Part shown: one piece after another, positions 20,519 through 30,698 of the stretch
How the letters are laid out: each line of letters opens with the position of its first letter
How positions within the stretch are numbered: the first letter of the stretch is position 1
Virus record (IMG/VR): IMGVR_UViG_3300035208_005974
Location: 60,608-124,607 of that record
DNA: 64,000 bases
Reading direction: 5' to 3' (one strand)
DNA from: a virus
Taxonomy: Duplodnaviria; Caudoviricetes
Notes under the pieces: generated by a model
Told to the model about the DNA's origin: nothing
Databases searched by the model: none
Seen by the model: the letters and a program-made list of their open reading frames with translations, nothing else
Position numbers and translations under genes: made by a program

Positions 20519-20838
20519 GTGATAATAATATGTATATATATTGTCAATACTGGAACTTGATCGAAGTTAGCTAATTTATAATATCCTTCAAATACATGCG
20601 TATTCGATTGTAAATATTCTTTTGTACAATCATCTTTTTTTGGGAAGTTTTTAAAGGTCAATACTTTATAGCACGGTTCTCCACACCGTACTAATTTTTC
20701 AAATTCTATGTATGCGTTTTTGGTGTTTTTTCTTTGGATCCAATCAATTATTATCATTGTGTGTCTCCTAATAACGTTAATTATGTATATAGGGTTTTTG
20801 TATTTATAGTTTTTGGTGGTCCTATAATAAAAGTTAGT

Positions 20839-20871
20839 CGTAAAACTGTATTTACTCCTTTTTATTGAATA
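20839..20871 (+). promoter_or_regulatory. Candidate late promoter (variant of CGTAAAA-N15-TTATTTTGATTA)
   Basis: Lies upstream of the portal gene; related motifs precede other structural operons. Confidence 0.45.
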
Positions 20872-20894
20872 AGTTGTTTTGAGGTTCATCTTAT

Positions 20895-22592
20895 ATGACT
20901 GAAATAAAGTATATGGTTCCAACAATGCCCAAGAAAAAACCACGGGCTTTCTTAAAGAAAAAGCCGGGCGCGCAAGTGACGTCAGTTGGAGGCGGCGGAA
21001 GTAGTATAACGGCTGCAGCAGTTGGCGCTCCTTTCCCAAATATATATTCATTTTATTCTGGTAATCGCATAGATATAAAGCTGTTGGAACAGACTGCTAG
21101 GGCACCACCTGTTGCCCGCTCCTTATGGCAATTACAGTTGATTGCGTTTCCAAGATTTGATTTTAAATTAAATCCGCCTGACGATATTGAGGAAGACCCA
21201 GAAGTCACCAATGAAATCCTAACGAAACTTAAAGAGTTGGACCACAACATCGACACCACCATACTTTGCGTACAAGCCTTATATGACATTATGACGTATG
21301 GATCCTTTGTTGCTGAAGTTACATGGCGTGAAGACGAAGACGGCTACATAGTCCCTGATATTGTGAATAGGTTACCGGCTGCTTCATTTAAGCAGGCACC
21401 GCCTGAAGCCGAAGGCGATCGTGACAAATATATGGTTGGGCATATACTGAAGGGCATTATTTACAATAAAAAATCAAAGTCCTATGAATACTGGCAACTT
21501 CAAAACAACTATGGAACCACCGGTATTCCGATTAACATTCCAACTGAACAAGTTATTCACATCAAGGATAAGTCGTCGCCTTTTGTAGACGGCGAGCCAT
21601 ATCTACAAGGCATCGTTAGCACTATCTCCCAGTTGGAATTTGTAAGGAAGCGTGTCATGCAAACTGTTTCCAGAATTGGATCTCCAAAACAAATTGCAAC
21701 AGTTGGCGTACCTCCAGAATATCTGGATGCCCTTAAAAACGCAAGTGGCGTGCCGCTATCCGTTACAAGTGCAATACCTGGCGCTGGATCCAATACTGCC
21801 GACATAATGTTAACGGACCTCTGGGATTATGCTAGACAGCTCGTGGAAAATCAGTCTGCGGACCTCGCTGTTGCTGTACCTCGTGGCATAGACCTTAGCT
21901 GGGACCAAGGTCACGTAGCCTTCAATCCAACAGAGATTGATAATTATCTCATCAAGGAGGCCATTAGTCATATATTTCCGCGAGATATGCTGGAAATTCA
22001 AGCGGCAGCAATTTCCGCGACATCTCAGCCATTGTTGCAACTCCTCAAGATGATGGTGCAGGGCTGGCAGAACATGTGTTCCAAGGCGTTCCAAGAACAA
22101 ATCTGGAATAAATTCCTGGAATATAATGGATATGAAGGTTGGTCAGTAACCTTTGAATGGGATGACCTGATTCCCCAAGATGAACAAGTAAAACAAAACA
22201 TAGCATTGCAACGTTTTACTAACCACGTTATTACCCTTGATGAAGCTCGCGAAGAACTTGGATTACCCGCCCTGGATCCTGCTCCCTGGATGGAAGGCCT
22301 AACCGTTCGCGAAGTTCTTGAAAAGGAGCTTGCGTTGTGGAGAAATCCGATGGCTGGTCAGCAACAGCCTGGTGGAATGCCCGGAATGGGAATGGGAAGT
22401 CCTGAAATGGGAGGCATGGACCTAGAAGCATTGTTAGGCAGTGGAAACACCAGCGAAGAACCTGAAGAAACTTATGGTCAAGAACCAGACGTTTCTGACA
22501 TAGACATGGGTATGTTGGATGCTGCCTTGCAACGACCTGAAGAAGCAAGTGGCATGGAATTTCAAGCAAAAGAACCTACTATCGCACAATAA
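20895..22592 (+). CDS. Portal protein
   Basis: Size, position before the MuF and protease genes, IPTEQVIHIK and ITLDEAREELGLP motifs, and an acidic/Gly-Met low-complexity tail. Confidence 0.8.
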   Translation: MTEIKYMVPTMPKKKPRAFLKKKPGAQVTSVGGGGSSITAAAVGAPFPNIYSFYSGNRIDIKLLEQTARAPPVARSLWQLQLIAFPRFDFKLNPPDDIEEDPEVTNEILTKLKELDHNIDTTILCVQALYDIMTYGSFVAEVTWREDEDGYIVPDIVNRLPAASFKQAPPEAEGDRDKYMVGHILKGIIYNKKSKSYEYWQLQNNYGTTGIPINIPTEQVIHIKDKSSPFVDGEPYLQGIVSTISQLEFVRKRVMQTVSRIGSPKQIATVGVPPEYLDALKNASGVPLSVTSAIPGAGSNTADIMLTDLWDYARQLVENQSADLAVAVPRGIDLSWDQGHVAFNPTEIDNYLIKEAISHIFPRDMLEIQAAAISATSQPLLQLLKMMVQGWQNMCSKAFQEQIWNKFLEYNGYEGWSVTFEWDDLIPQDEQVKQNIALQRFTNHVITLDEAREELGLPALDPAPWMEGLTVREVLEKELALWRNPMAGQQQPGGMPGMGMGSPEMGGMDLEALLGSGNTSEEPEETYGQEPDVSDIDMGMLDAALQRPEEASGMEFQAKEPTIAQ

Positions 22593-22606
22593 CGGATGGT
22601 ATAAAA

Positions 22607-23881
22607 ATGTATCGTTTTGTTGGCAAGAAAGGCAAGTGCTACGACTTTGACTTTGACTCACTCAAAAAAGTAGCTATGAAACTTAATTATCGGTGTCCCA
22701 AAGGCAAGTTCGTTCCAGATTCATTTAGTTGTGGTGATACCCCTGAAGAAGCCAAGAAAAACTATGAATCTTTGCATCCAAAAAAAGTATCAAACGAGAA
22801 AAATATATTAGTAGAAAAGTTGAAGTTTTATGACTCAGAACTTGCAAAAGGTCATAGGTCAACAACTTTGCCAGATGGTACGCGTGTCAATAATTTGAAA
22901 TCGAAGGCAAATGCGTTGCGTAAACAATTAGAAACAACATCATTGATAGCAACAACGCAAAAAATTGCCGACAAAGTCAAATCTGGCAAAAAAATAACAA
23001 AAGAAGAATATGACGTGTTGAAACCGTTAGTTGAAAAATCCGGTATTTCTAGAAAAGTTACATCAAAGTCTCAAAAAAGTCCATCAATTATCGCCATCGA
23101 AGAAACATTAGAAAAAATTCCAGATAATGTTAATATATTATATAAAGAAATACCATTAAAAAAAGATAACGATTCGTGGTATACCTATAAACCTTCTATT
23201 TATGATACGAGTAGTATATATAAAAATATACCAAAAGTTTCAGTTGGTTTAAATGTCCCAGAATTTCATGGGCCCAATTTGAAATTATTTAAACTCAGTC
23301 CTGTTAAATATGCCAACATTGATCCATATATTAAGTATATGGATAATATAATGAAAGAAAATAACATACCACCTTTAGAAGGTGGATTAATTTTTAATGA
23401 AGATCATTTTCCTCGTAGTTCTGGTATGTATTATGGAAGCAATAAATCAATTCAAATAGGAAGAAGATATTTTGATGAAAATTATTGTAAAGATAAAATA
23501 GCTTCAAATAAAGAATATGCTGATAAAAATAATGGTAGACAATATACAGTAGAGGGTTTTTTTGATACCCAGGAAGACTTACTAAAATCTACTATACTAC
23601 ACGAATTAGCACACCACGAGTTATCTAGTTATAATAAACAAAATGGTCATGTTGGGAATCATTCGGCTCGAGGTGACGAAGAATTTGAAAAAATTATTGA
23701 ATCTGTTGCAAAATCGGGATGGACACCACCATCTGTATACAGTGAAAATAATTCAGGTGAATTATATGCAGAATGTCGTACTTTGTATTGGATGGATAGA
23801 AAAGATTTACTTGATCCAAAGATTATTAATTACATAGAAAAAGTGAATAATTTCAATAAAAAAAATAAATACAATGTGTGA
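22607..23881 (+). CDS. Head-associated effector with KLNY leader and zincin metallopeptidase domain
   Basis: Leader MYRFVGKKG...MKLNYRC; ILHELAH...ELYAE. Confidence 0.7.
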   Translation: MYRFVGKKGKCYDFDFDSLKKVAMKLNYRCPKGKFVPDSFSCGDTPEEAKKNYESLHPKKVSNEKNILVEKLKFYDSELAKGHRSTTLPDGTRVNNLKSKANALRKQLETTSLIATTQKIADKVKSGKKITKEEYDVLKPLVEKSGISRKVTSKSQKSPSIIAIEETLEKIPDNVNILYKEIPLKKDNDSWYTYKPSIYDTSSIYKNIPKVSVGLNVPEFHGPNLKLFKLSPVKYANIDPYIKYMDNIMKENNIPPLEGGLIFNEDHFPRSSGMYYGSNKSIQIGRRYFDENYCKDKIASNKEYADKNNGRQYTVEGFFDTQEDLLKSTILHELAHHELSSYNKQNGHVGNHSARGDEEFEKIIESVAKSGWTPPSVYSENNSGELYAECRTLYWMDRKDLLDPKIINYIEKVNNFNKKNKYNV

Positions 23882-24120
23882 ATTATATGGATATAATATA
23901 TGATAATTTTGAACCAGTGTATGGATTTTATGGCGAACTTCATGAATTGTTTAATAACAAAAAAGAAAGTAAGCAAAAACAAAACAAAACCCTCGACAAC
24001 GAAATTGTAACTCCCAACAAACTAGACGCGGAAGCAGAAGACATCCTAGGAAGCCTAGAAAACACCGTCATGAAAATCCTGAAGAAGACCAAGTACTTCG
24101 ATAAAGTTCCGGAGGAATAA
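23878..24120 (+). CDS. Hypothetical protein
   Basis: Translationally coupled between effector genes. Confidence 0.5.
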   Translation: MNYMDIIYDNFEPVYGFYGELHELFNNKKESKQKQNKTLDNEIVTPNKLDAEAEDILGSLENTVMKILKKTKYFDKVPEE

Positions 24121-24121
24121 A

Positions 24122-24988
24122 ATGTATAAATTTGTTGGCAAACCGGGTAAGATGTATTTCCTGGATTTAGAAACTACCACAATGAAACTTAACTATAACT
24201 GTCCGGATTCTGAAAAAAATGGAACAGGCCCAGGATCGTGCGGTGGATCATCCAAGCAAGAAAGTACAAATGATAATAATAATTATTTTCTAGATGATGA
24301 TAATAATAAAATATCAGAAGTTCCGCAGATTAATGAAAAAATATATGATGATGCAATAAAATCCCAAGACGATTTAGATTCTGCGTCTGGTACAAGAAAT
24401 ATAAATTATTATACATCTCATTCTAAAAAAGATATAATTGATTATAATAATTCACTATCTTTTAATGAATATAAGGCACTTCATGAAAATTGGGTTGGTA
24501 CTGGTTGGTCAACACCTATTAATGAAATTTTGAGGAAAAGTAAGTCTTTTGATAATATTAATCCTGAAACTAAAAATGTAATAAAGAGTCTTGATTCTGC
24601 AATAAGTAAATTTAAAACAAATAATAATATAAAAACATACCGCGGAATAACAGGAGTAAAACAATTATTAAAACAAAAAGTTGGTAGTACTTTCAAAGAT
24701 AAAGGTTTTATAGGTACTACAGAAAATATCAATCATGCAAAAAGTTTTCTAAGTGCAAACAAAAATGATGCTATAAAAGAAGGTGCAGTATTGCTAAGAA
24801 TAAATGTTCCGCGAGGTACCTCATGTGCACCTACTTCAATCGTTAATACAGAATTTTTAGGTGAAAGAGAATGGACATTACCTCGTGAAACATCTTTTAA
24901 GGTTACTAAAAATTTTATAGACAAAGAAACAGGAATAACGTATCTTGATGTTGATGTTGTTCTAGATAAAAAAAATAAAAAAGTTTAA
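24122..24988 (+). CDS. ADP-ribosyltransferase (R-S-E clade, VIP2/Alt-like) with KLNY leader
   Basis: TYRG, FIGTT and EREW motifs; leader MYKFVGKPG...MKLNYNC. Confidence 0.85.
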   Translation: MYKFVGKPGKMYFLDLETTTMKLNYNCPDSEKNGTGPGSCGGSSKQESTNDNNNYFLDDDNNKISEVPQINEKIYDDAIKSQDDLDSASGTRNINYYTSHSKKDIIDYNNSLSFNEYKALHENWVGTGWSTPINEILRKSKSFDNINPETKNVIKSLDSAISKFKTNNNIKTYRGITGVKQLLKQKVGSTFKDKGFIGTTENINHAKSFLSANKNDAIKEGAVLLRINVPRGTSCAPTSIVNTEFLGEREWTLPRETSFKVTKNFIDKETGITYLDVDVVLDKKNKKV

Positions 24989-25006
24989 CTTAGGTAGTGA
25001 TAATAA

Positions 25007-25777
25007 TTGTTATATAAGTTCCTTGGCAAAAAAGGTGCCTTTTATCAACTAGACCTGGAACCATTTAGCATCAAGCTTAATTATAAATGCAAGGAAGGCA
25101 CCGTTGAAGAAGGTTCTTTTAGTTGCGGCAACACTCCAGAAGAAGCTAAAAAGAACTATGAAAAACAACAAAAAGAAAAGTTACCTTCTGACAAAAGTGG
25201 CGTATTGCAAGAAAAATCAATTACCAAAAATAAACTATCTGCAAAAGAAAAAGACATCATAAGTGAATATACTGGATTCAAGTATGCCCCAATCAATCAA
25301 TATTTATTTGGAAAGCAACTAAATCTTTCATCTAAACAAGAATCAGAAATAAAACAAAACATTAATGATTTATCAAATATAATTAATAATAATAAAATCG
25401 ATGAGGATACAAAAGTTTATAGGGGTCTTGCCGGGCAATCAAAAGAAGACTTCTTGAAAATGATTAAAAAGGTAAAGCCCGGTAATTCGATTAGCTATAA
25501 AGGGTTTATGTCAACATCTCCAGATAAATCAATCGGCGAAAGATTTGCTACATGGGGAAACAAAGGCAAAACAGTATTACTAGAAATTGATCTTCCTAAA
25601 GATTCTAATGCAATGGATATTTCTAAACATACTGCCAGTAAGAAATATGGGGAAACAGAAATTTTAGTTGCACCTGGTTTTGAATTGGTATTGAATAAAG
25701 TTAAAAAAAATAAAGGATCTGACATATATCATTTAACATATAAACAATCTAAAAAAGAAACAAATACAGGGGAATAG
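25007..25777 (+). CDS. ADP-ribosyltransferase (R-S-E clade) with KLNY leader
   Basis: YT..Y..IN.YL, VYRG, FMSTS and ETEIL motifs; leader LYKFLGKKG...IKLNYKC. Confidence 0.9.
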   Translation: MLYKFLGKKGAFYQLDLEPFSIKLNYKCKEGTVEEGSFSCGNTPEEAKKNYEKQQKEKLPSDKSGVLQEKSITKNKLSAKEKDIISEYTGFKYAPINQYLFGKQLNLSSKQESEIKQNINDLSNIINNNKIDEDTKVYRGLAGQSKEDFLKMIKKVKPGNSISYKGFMSTSPDKSIGERFATWGNKGKTVLLEIDLPKDSNAMDISKHTASKKYGETEILVAPGFELVLNKVKKNKGSDIYHLTYKQSKKETNTGE

Positions 25778-25783
25778 ACCATA

Positions 25784-28700
25784 ATGCCAGATACCACCAA
25801 AAAGTCGATAAAAAAGTCTACCAAACCCATAATCATAATTCCAGGAAATGTAAAAACTATTCCAAAAGTTCCTTTAACTCAGATATCTAAATCTAAAAGC
25901 TTCCAAGAAAAACTCAATGATATACAAAATAATATTGATATCGATATTGATGATATACCAGAAGATTTATTAGATATATGGGACGAACTTCAAGAAGACA
26001 TAACCCCCAAATTAATATCAAAGAATTACAAATTATGGTTAACTATTTTTACTCCATTTATACTACCTGGAATCATTAACGGCATGTCAGGAAAGCCAGC
26101 TGTTCCACAACCCGTTGTTACCGTACAAGAACCTGCTCCTGATCCAAAACAAATTGTAAATTTTGCACAAAAATATTTTGCCGAGCATGGCCTTGAATTA
26201 TGTAAATCGTTAACAAAAACAGATTTAAATAGTATGAAACAGGACCTAATAAATAATTGGGGCAAGGGTCCTGATGCATTTTCTAAGACTTTTCAAGATT
26301 CATATCCAGTTAGTAAATCACGGCTAGAAAACATTTATCGAAGTGAGCGCCACCTTGCAGAATATAATGGGGTATTGGAACGTGCCAAAATCGCCGATCA
26401 CAAATACAAACAATGGCGGGCAGTTGGTGACGAACGTAGCTGTGATTTGTGTATGTCACACGACATGGAAACCGTGCCTATAAATGAACCTTTTAGTAAC
26501 GGAGAAATGACTGCAACGGGACACCCGCAATGCAGGTGTTCAATGGTTACGTATTCAGAGGATGATTATAACGAAATGAAAGAAGATAGTGCATACTTGG
26601 ACGATGTGGTAAACACAATAAAACTTAACTATAATTGCCCGGACTCAGAAAAAATTGGAAGTGGTCCAGGATCATGCGGAGGAAGTATTCCAGCAGCAGA
26701 TTATCAGATAGGCGGGTCCAAGACAACAAAAATTGGTTCTAACCCAACGGTACAATCATTGTATGTACCAAAAGTCAATCAACAAGAGGCTACAAAATAT
26801 GTTAAAAGCATACTAATCGGCGATGCAGATAAATTAATTCCTGACATGCTTACTGACAAATCAAAAGCCTTGATAACCGAACAAGATATTACCGTCGATG
26901 AATGGGCACGATCAGGTGGAGTTGGCATGACAGAAGCTAACAATAGCAAGCGTGGTGTAGTTGTTAGCTATGCACAGTCTGATCTCCAGACAGATGTTGC
27001 ATTACATGAACTTGGCCATGCGATTGTCAAACCTCCGAGTTATAGTGAATTTTCGCCAATATCAAAACTTGACATGAGTAAACCGATGGGCGAACGTGGC
27101 GAAAACACCGTAGAAAGTATGTTATGGACTGCCTTAGAAAAAGATGTTCCGCAAGATAGTAAAAATACTTGGATTGATATGACAAATTCCGGTGAAGCTT
27201 TTGGAGATGCATTTAAAATGTACAATAGTCCGCGAGGACATTTAGTACTAAAAGAAGCATTTCCGAATGCATATGATGTCATGAAGAACGTTCTTGGTGA
27301 AAGTAAATGGGACACAAATGTTTCTCCAGAAACAAGTACATTTATAAAAGGATTAGTAACCAATTTGGACAAGTCATATAAATCTGCGGGAAACAAACCA
27401 GCTTGGGAAAAAGCTTATTATACAATGTTTCCAGACGGTAAATATACAACCAAAGAACTAAGTTCATATAATAAACGAATTAAACTTGTTGATGACATAG
27501 TTAAAAATGAGTTAAATTCTAATATAAAACGAGATTCGTTATATTTAGCTGATGCAACAGAGTTTATAAAATTGAACTACAAATGCAAAGCAGGTACTGT
27601 TGACGATAGTAATAAGTGTGAACCAGATTCTGACTCCGAAAGTTCTTCTAGTAATAACAACCACATTGAATCGTATTCTAGGGTGTTGCAATCAAAAGTC
27701 CCTGAGAAATTTAGTAACCAAGTTTATTTAGTTAGAATGGGTTCTGAAAAAGAAGACAGGCATAACATAACCGGAAATGTTTTTGTTGGCAATGACATAA
27801 ATATGCTTATTAAAAAAGCTCTAGAAAGTTCAAAAAAATCCGGTAATCTTATTATTGGAAGATGTAGTAAGGATGCCTTCGAAGATGACGAACTAGATAA
27901 AATATCTAAAAATAATTTTATTGCAACTTCCAAGTATCTCGGACAAAGTTTTTCTCCTGTTGATGTCGTTATAGATACGGGAACTAGCGACACTATATAT
28001 AAAAGAAGTAAAGATGAGTTAGAAAAAGAAAAAAATTTATTTGACACCCACGAATTACAACTAAACAAAATTGAACAAAATACTGCATTATCCAACTATA
28101 GAAATTTTGGTTACCAATCAGTTAATAATGTACTTCGTAAAAATTATGTCATTGAAGGCGAAAACAAGAAAAGTGCTTTAGATCCTACTCCAGTGTATTC
28201 AAAGGAATATATTGATAACGCACTGAAGAACGCTTCGCTAATTTCGGATGCAATGGAACCATCTAAGGAAAATAAAACACTTAGTCGCGTAGATGGTGCC
28301 GCTATAACCGCAACACTATTTCCTGTAGCTGGGATAACAGAAGAATTAACTAATTATTTTAAAAAGACGTATGAAAAAAGTAGTAAATATCCCCAAGCAG
28401 AAGATATTTTATTTGATAATATAAAACCTCCTTCAGAAAAAACATGGAATAATTATCTTACAACTAAATTAAAGGACCTAGAATTTAAAGATCCTGCTTT
28501 TTTGTCAACATCAAAATCAGAAAGTGGTATTAAAGAAGATTTATTGATTTCTTCTGATGAACTATCGCCATATGGCATTCCCAGTTTGTTGAATATCGAA
28601 GTGCCAAAAGGAATTCGACTTGTTGACATGCAAGAACGATTGGGTATTGGAGAAGGTAGATATAAAACCGAAAAAGAAGTACTACTTGACAAAAATACAA

Positions 28701-30190
28701 TATTCAAAATAAAATCAGTTAAATTAGAACCACATGATAATGGTATAATTGCTAGGATAATGGTACGTGCAATACAAAAATTACCAGAACCTATTAAGGA
28801 AAATTCTACAAGTAATAATATCTTAGTTTATTTCGAAAATAACCCTATAAGATTAATGGATACCGACTATCTTTCTGATGCCTTTGAGGCCATAAAACTA
28901 AACTATAAATGCAAGGCAGGAACTGTTGACGACAGTAATAAATGTGACCCAGAACAAGATAGATCCATTGAATTAGATAAACCAGCAATAGATCTATCTA
29001 CATTACCAGAAGGGTCAAAATTAGTAGAAAGTAAAGATATTAATAATATAAAAATGGTACATTTCACAAAACCAGAAAATGTTGCTCCGATACAAGAAAC
29101 AGGATTTAACTATAGCCGAAATTCTACTCATGGCAAAGGCGTTTATTTTACAAATGATGATAATCTAAAAGCGTATGGTACAGGAAAAATTGAAATAGAA
29201 TTACTTCCACATAATCAATTATTTGTTAATAGGGACATACACGTACCAAAAGTACTTGAACAAATATCAGGGGTTCGTTACGATTCGCCAGAATTACCAG
29301 GAAAAATGATAGAAAAAGGATTTGGATCTGTGCGATTTAAGATGGATGATGAAACACAAGTAATTGTATTTGATAAATCAAAAATAATTATGAAGCAAAA
29401 ACATGATTCTGCTTACCTAGCTGATGTCTTTGAAACAATAAAGCTTAATTATAAATGCCCGAAAGGCACTGTAGATGACACAAATGCCTGTGGGTTAGAA
29501 GGACAACCAAACAAATCATCTGAAACATTTATTGGCTTTAAATCTGACCACGATTTTTCCTCTCCTCAAGATATTGAAGCCAACAAACAGATACAAGCAT
29601 CACTAAATAAAGCAGCAGACCCACTTAAAAAGTTTAAACCCGAAGATCGAAGAATATTAAGACAGTATTCAGTAAATAGTTATGTTGATGTAAACCAATA
29701 TTTAAATGGAACACTTGGAAAAGAAGTTGACCAAGATAGTTCAATATTACGTCATGCAAAAGAAGATGTCGTTGCACTGGATAAGTTGTTTTCAGAAGCC
29801 AATCTACAAGAACCATTAGTAACGTACCGTGGTCTAAAAGACGACATAATTGTTAAAAATCCAGAACTTCGAGATGCATTAGATACTCCAGGTTCAGAAA
29901 TTGAGTTTCCGTGCTTTAGCTCAACTTCTGCATTGCCGTTCATGGCAAATAACTTCGCAGAAGGATATAATGGCAGGCTACTAGAATTGCAATTACCTAC
30001 TGGCACTAAAGCCTTGTTTATTGCAGAGGAAAGCGGTTTGCCAAACGAATTTGAAATTTTAGTAAATCGCGGAACCAAGTTTAAAGTTGTAGAAACACGA
30101 TATACTGACATTATACCACCAAACAATGGATCGTATAAGGATAAATCTGCGAAACATGTTAAAATAACTACTATAAAGGCGATTGTATGA
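25784..30190 (+). CDS. MuF (SPP1 gp7-like) head protein fused to zincin and multiple ADP-ribosyltransferase domains
   Basis: MuF motifs KQWRAVGDERSCDLC...HPQCRC; ALHELGH; ART (SRVD, FLSTS, EKEVL); HYE-like ART (HFT..GF...GKGVYFT); ART (TYRG, FSSTS, EFEIL). Confidence 0.88.
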   Translation: MPDTTKKSIKKSTKPIIIIPGNVKTIPKVPLTQISKSKSFQEKLNDIQNNIDIDIDDIPEDLLDIWDELQEDITPKLISKNYKLWLTIFTPFILPGIINGMSGKPAVPQPVVTVQEPAPDPKQIVNFAQKYFAEHGLELCKSLTKTDLNSMKQDLINNWGKGPDAFSKTFQDSYPVSKSRLENIYRSERHLAEYNGVLERAKIADHKYKQWRAVGDERSCDLCMSHDMETVPINEPFSNGEMTATGHPQCRCSMVTYSEDDYNEMKEDSAYLDDVVNTIKLNYNCPDSEKIGSGPGSCGGSIPAADYQIGGSKTTKIGSNPTVQSLYVPKVNQQEATKYVKSILIGDADKLIPDMLTDKSKALITEQDITVDEWARSGGVGMTEANNSKRGVVVSYAQSDLQTDVALHELGHAIVKPPSYSEFSPISKLDMSKPMGERGENTVESMLWTALEKDVPQDSKNTWIDMTNSGEAFGDAFKMYNSPRGHLVLKEAFPNAYDVMKNVLGESKWDTNVSPETSTFIKGLVTNLDKSYKSAGNKPAWEKAYYTMFPDGKYTTKELSSYNKRIKLVDDIVKNELNSNIKRDSLYLADATEFIKLNYKCKAGTVDDSNKCEPDSDSESSSSNNNHIESYSRVLQSKVPEKFSNQVYLVRMGSEKEDRHNITGNVFVGNDINMLIKKALESSKKSGNLIIGRCSKDAFEDDELDKISKNNFIATSKYLGQSFSPVDVVIDTGTSDTIYKRSKDELEKEKNLFDTHELQLNKIEQNTALSNYRNFGYQSVNNVLRKNYVIEGENKKSALDPTPVYSKEYIDNALKNASLISDAMEPSKENKTLSRVDGAAITATLFPVAGITEELTNYFKKTYEKSSKYPQAEDILFDNIKPPSEKTWNNYLTTKLKDLEFKDPAFLSTSKSESGIKEDLLISSDELSPYGIPSLLNIEVPKGIRLVDMQERLGIGEGRYKTEKEVLLDKNTIFKIKSVKLEPHDNGIIARIMVRAIQKLPEPIKENSTSNNILVYFENNPIRLMDTDYLSDAFEAIKLNYKCKAGTVDDSNKCDPEQDRSIELDKPAIDLSTLPEGSKLVESKDINNIKMVHFTKPENVAPIQETGFNYSRNSTHGKGVYFTNDDNLKAYGTGKIEIELLPHNQLFVNRDIHVPKVLEQISGVRYDSPELPGKMIEKGFGSVRFKMDDETQVIVFDKSKIIMKQKHDSAYLADVFETIKLNYKCPKGTVDDTNACGLEGQPNKSSETFIGFKSDHDFSSPQDIEANKQIQASLNKAADPLKKFKPEDRRILRQYSVNSYVDVNQYLNGTLGKEVDQDSSILRHAKEDVVALDKLFSEANLQEPLVTYRGLKDDIIVKNPELRDALDTPGSEIEFPCFSSTSALPFMANNFAEGYNGRLLELQLPTGTKALFIAEESGLPNEFEILVNRGTKFKVVETRYTDIIPPNNGSYKDKSAKHVKITTIKAIV

Positions 30191-30279
30191 AAAAAGATAA
30201 TAGGTTCATTGAAAATAATGAAAAGTCAATAAAAGTATTGCGTCTTGGTCCCAAAAAGGAAGAAGATAGAGAAAAATAG
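30187..30279 (+). CDS. Small peptide coupled to the MuF-ART gene
   Basis: ATGA overlap; MKKDNRFIENNEKSIKVLRLGPKKEEDREK. Confidence 0.35.
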   Translation: MKKDNRFIENNEKSIKVLRLGPKKEEDREK

Positions 30280-30299
30280 AAGAAATGAGGAATATGTTT

Positions 30300-30593
30300 T
30301 CATTTTTCTTCTGCCACTGTAACCTTTGGTTGCTTCAATACTAGTTCTATTTCCGGCACTATTTCAATATCTTTCATGTCGTTGGTATCATAACCAATAT
30401 GATTCAACAGGAAACACCTATTGCATCCGGGCCAATATTTCCAATCCCGTTCGATTACAATACCCTGGAATAGCCGATCTTCAATTTCATAGCCTCCATT
30501 ACAAGGATCTTCATCAGAACAACTTGTCCTGCCGTGCTTTGGCGCAAGTATATCAATTATGTCTTGTGTGATTATCATACTATCATTTCCCAC
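30300..30593 (-). CDS. Hypothetical Cys-containing protein
   Basis: HGRTSCSD..C...CNRC. Confidence 0.55.
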   Translation of the reverse strand: MGNDSMIITQDIIDILAPKHGRTSCSDEDPCNGGYEIEDRLFQGIVIERDWKYWPGCNRCFLLNHIGYDTNDMKDIEIVPEIELVLKQPKVTVAEEK

Positions 30594-30698
30594 AACGCCT
30601 TTATTATTTTTATGTCACCATCCACTCCAATCACATCACATTTATGGGATTTATGTGGACTTATACTATGTCCTAAAAATGTAATTGGTTTCAAACAT

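Noticed and set aside
20515-21051. 178-aa minus-strand ORF and other antisense ORFs in the track
   Set aside because: They mostly overlap well-supported genes on the opposite strand. Only the 3' part (about 20515-20757, after the promoter at 20801) may be a real small gene, and I could not support a function.
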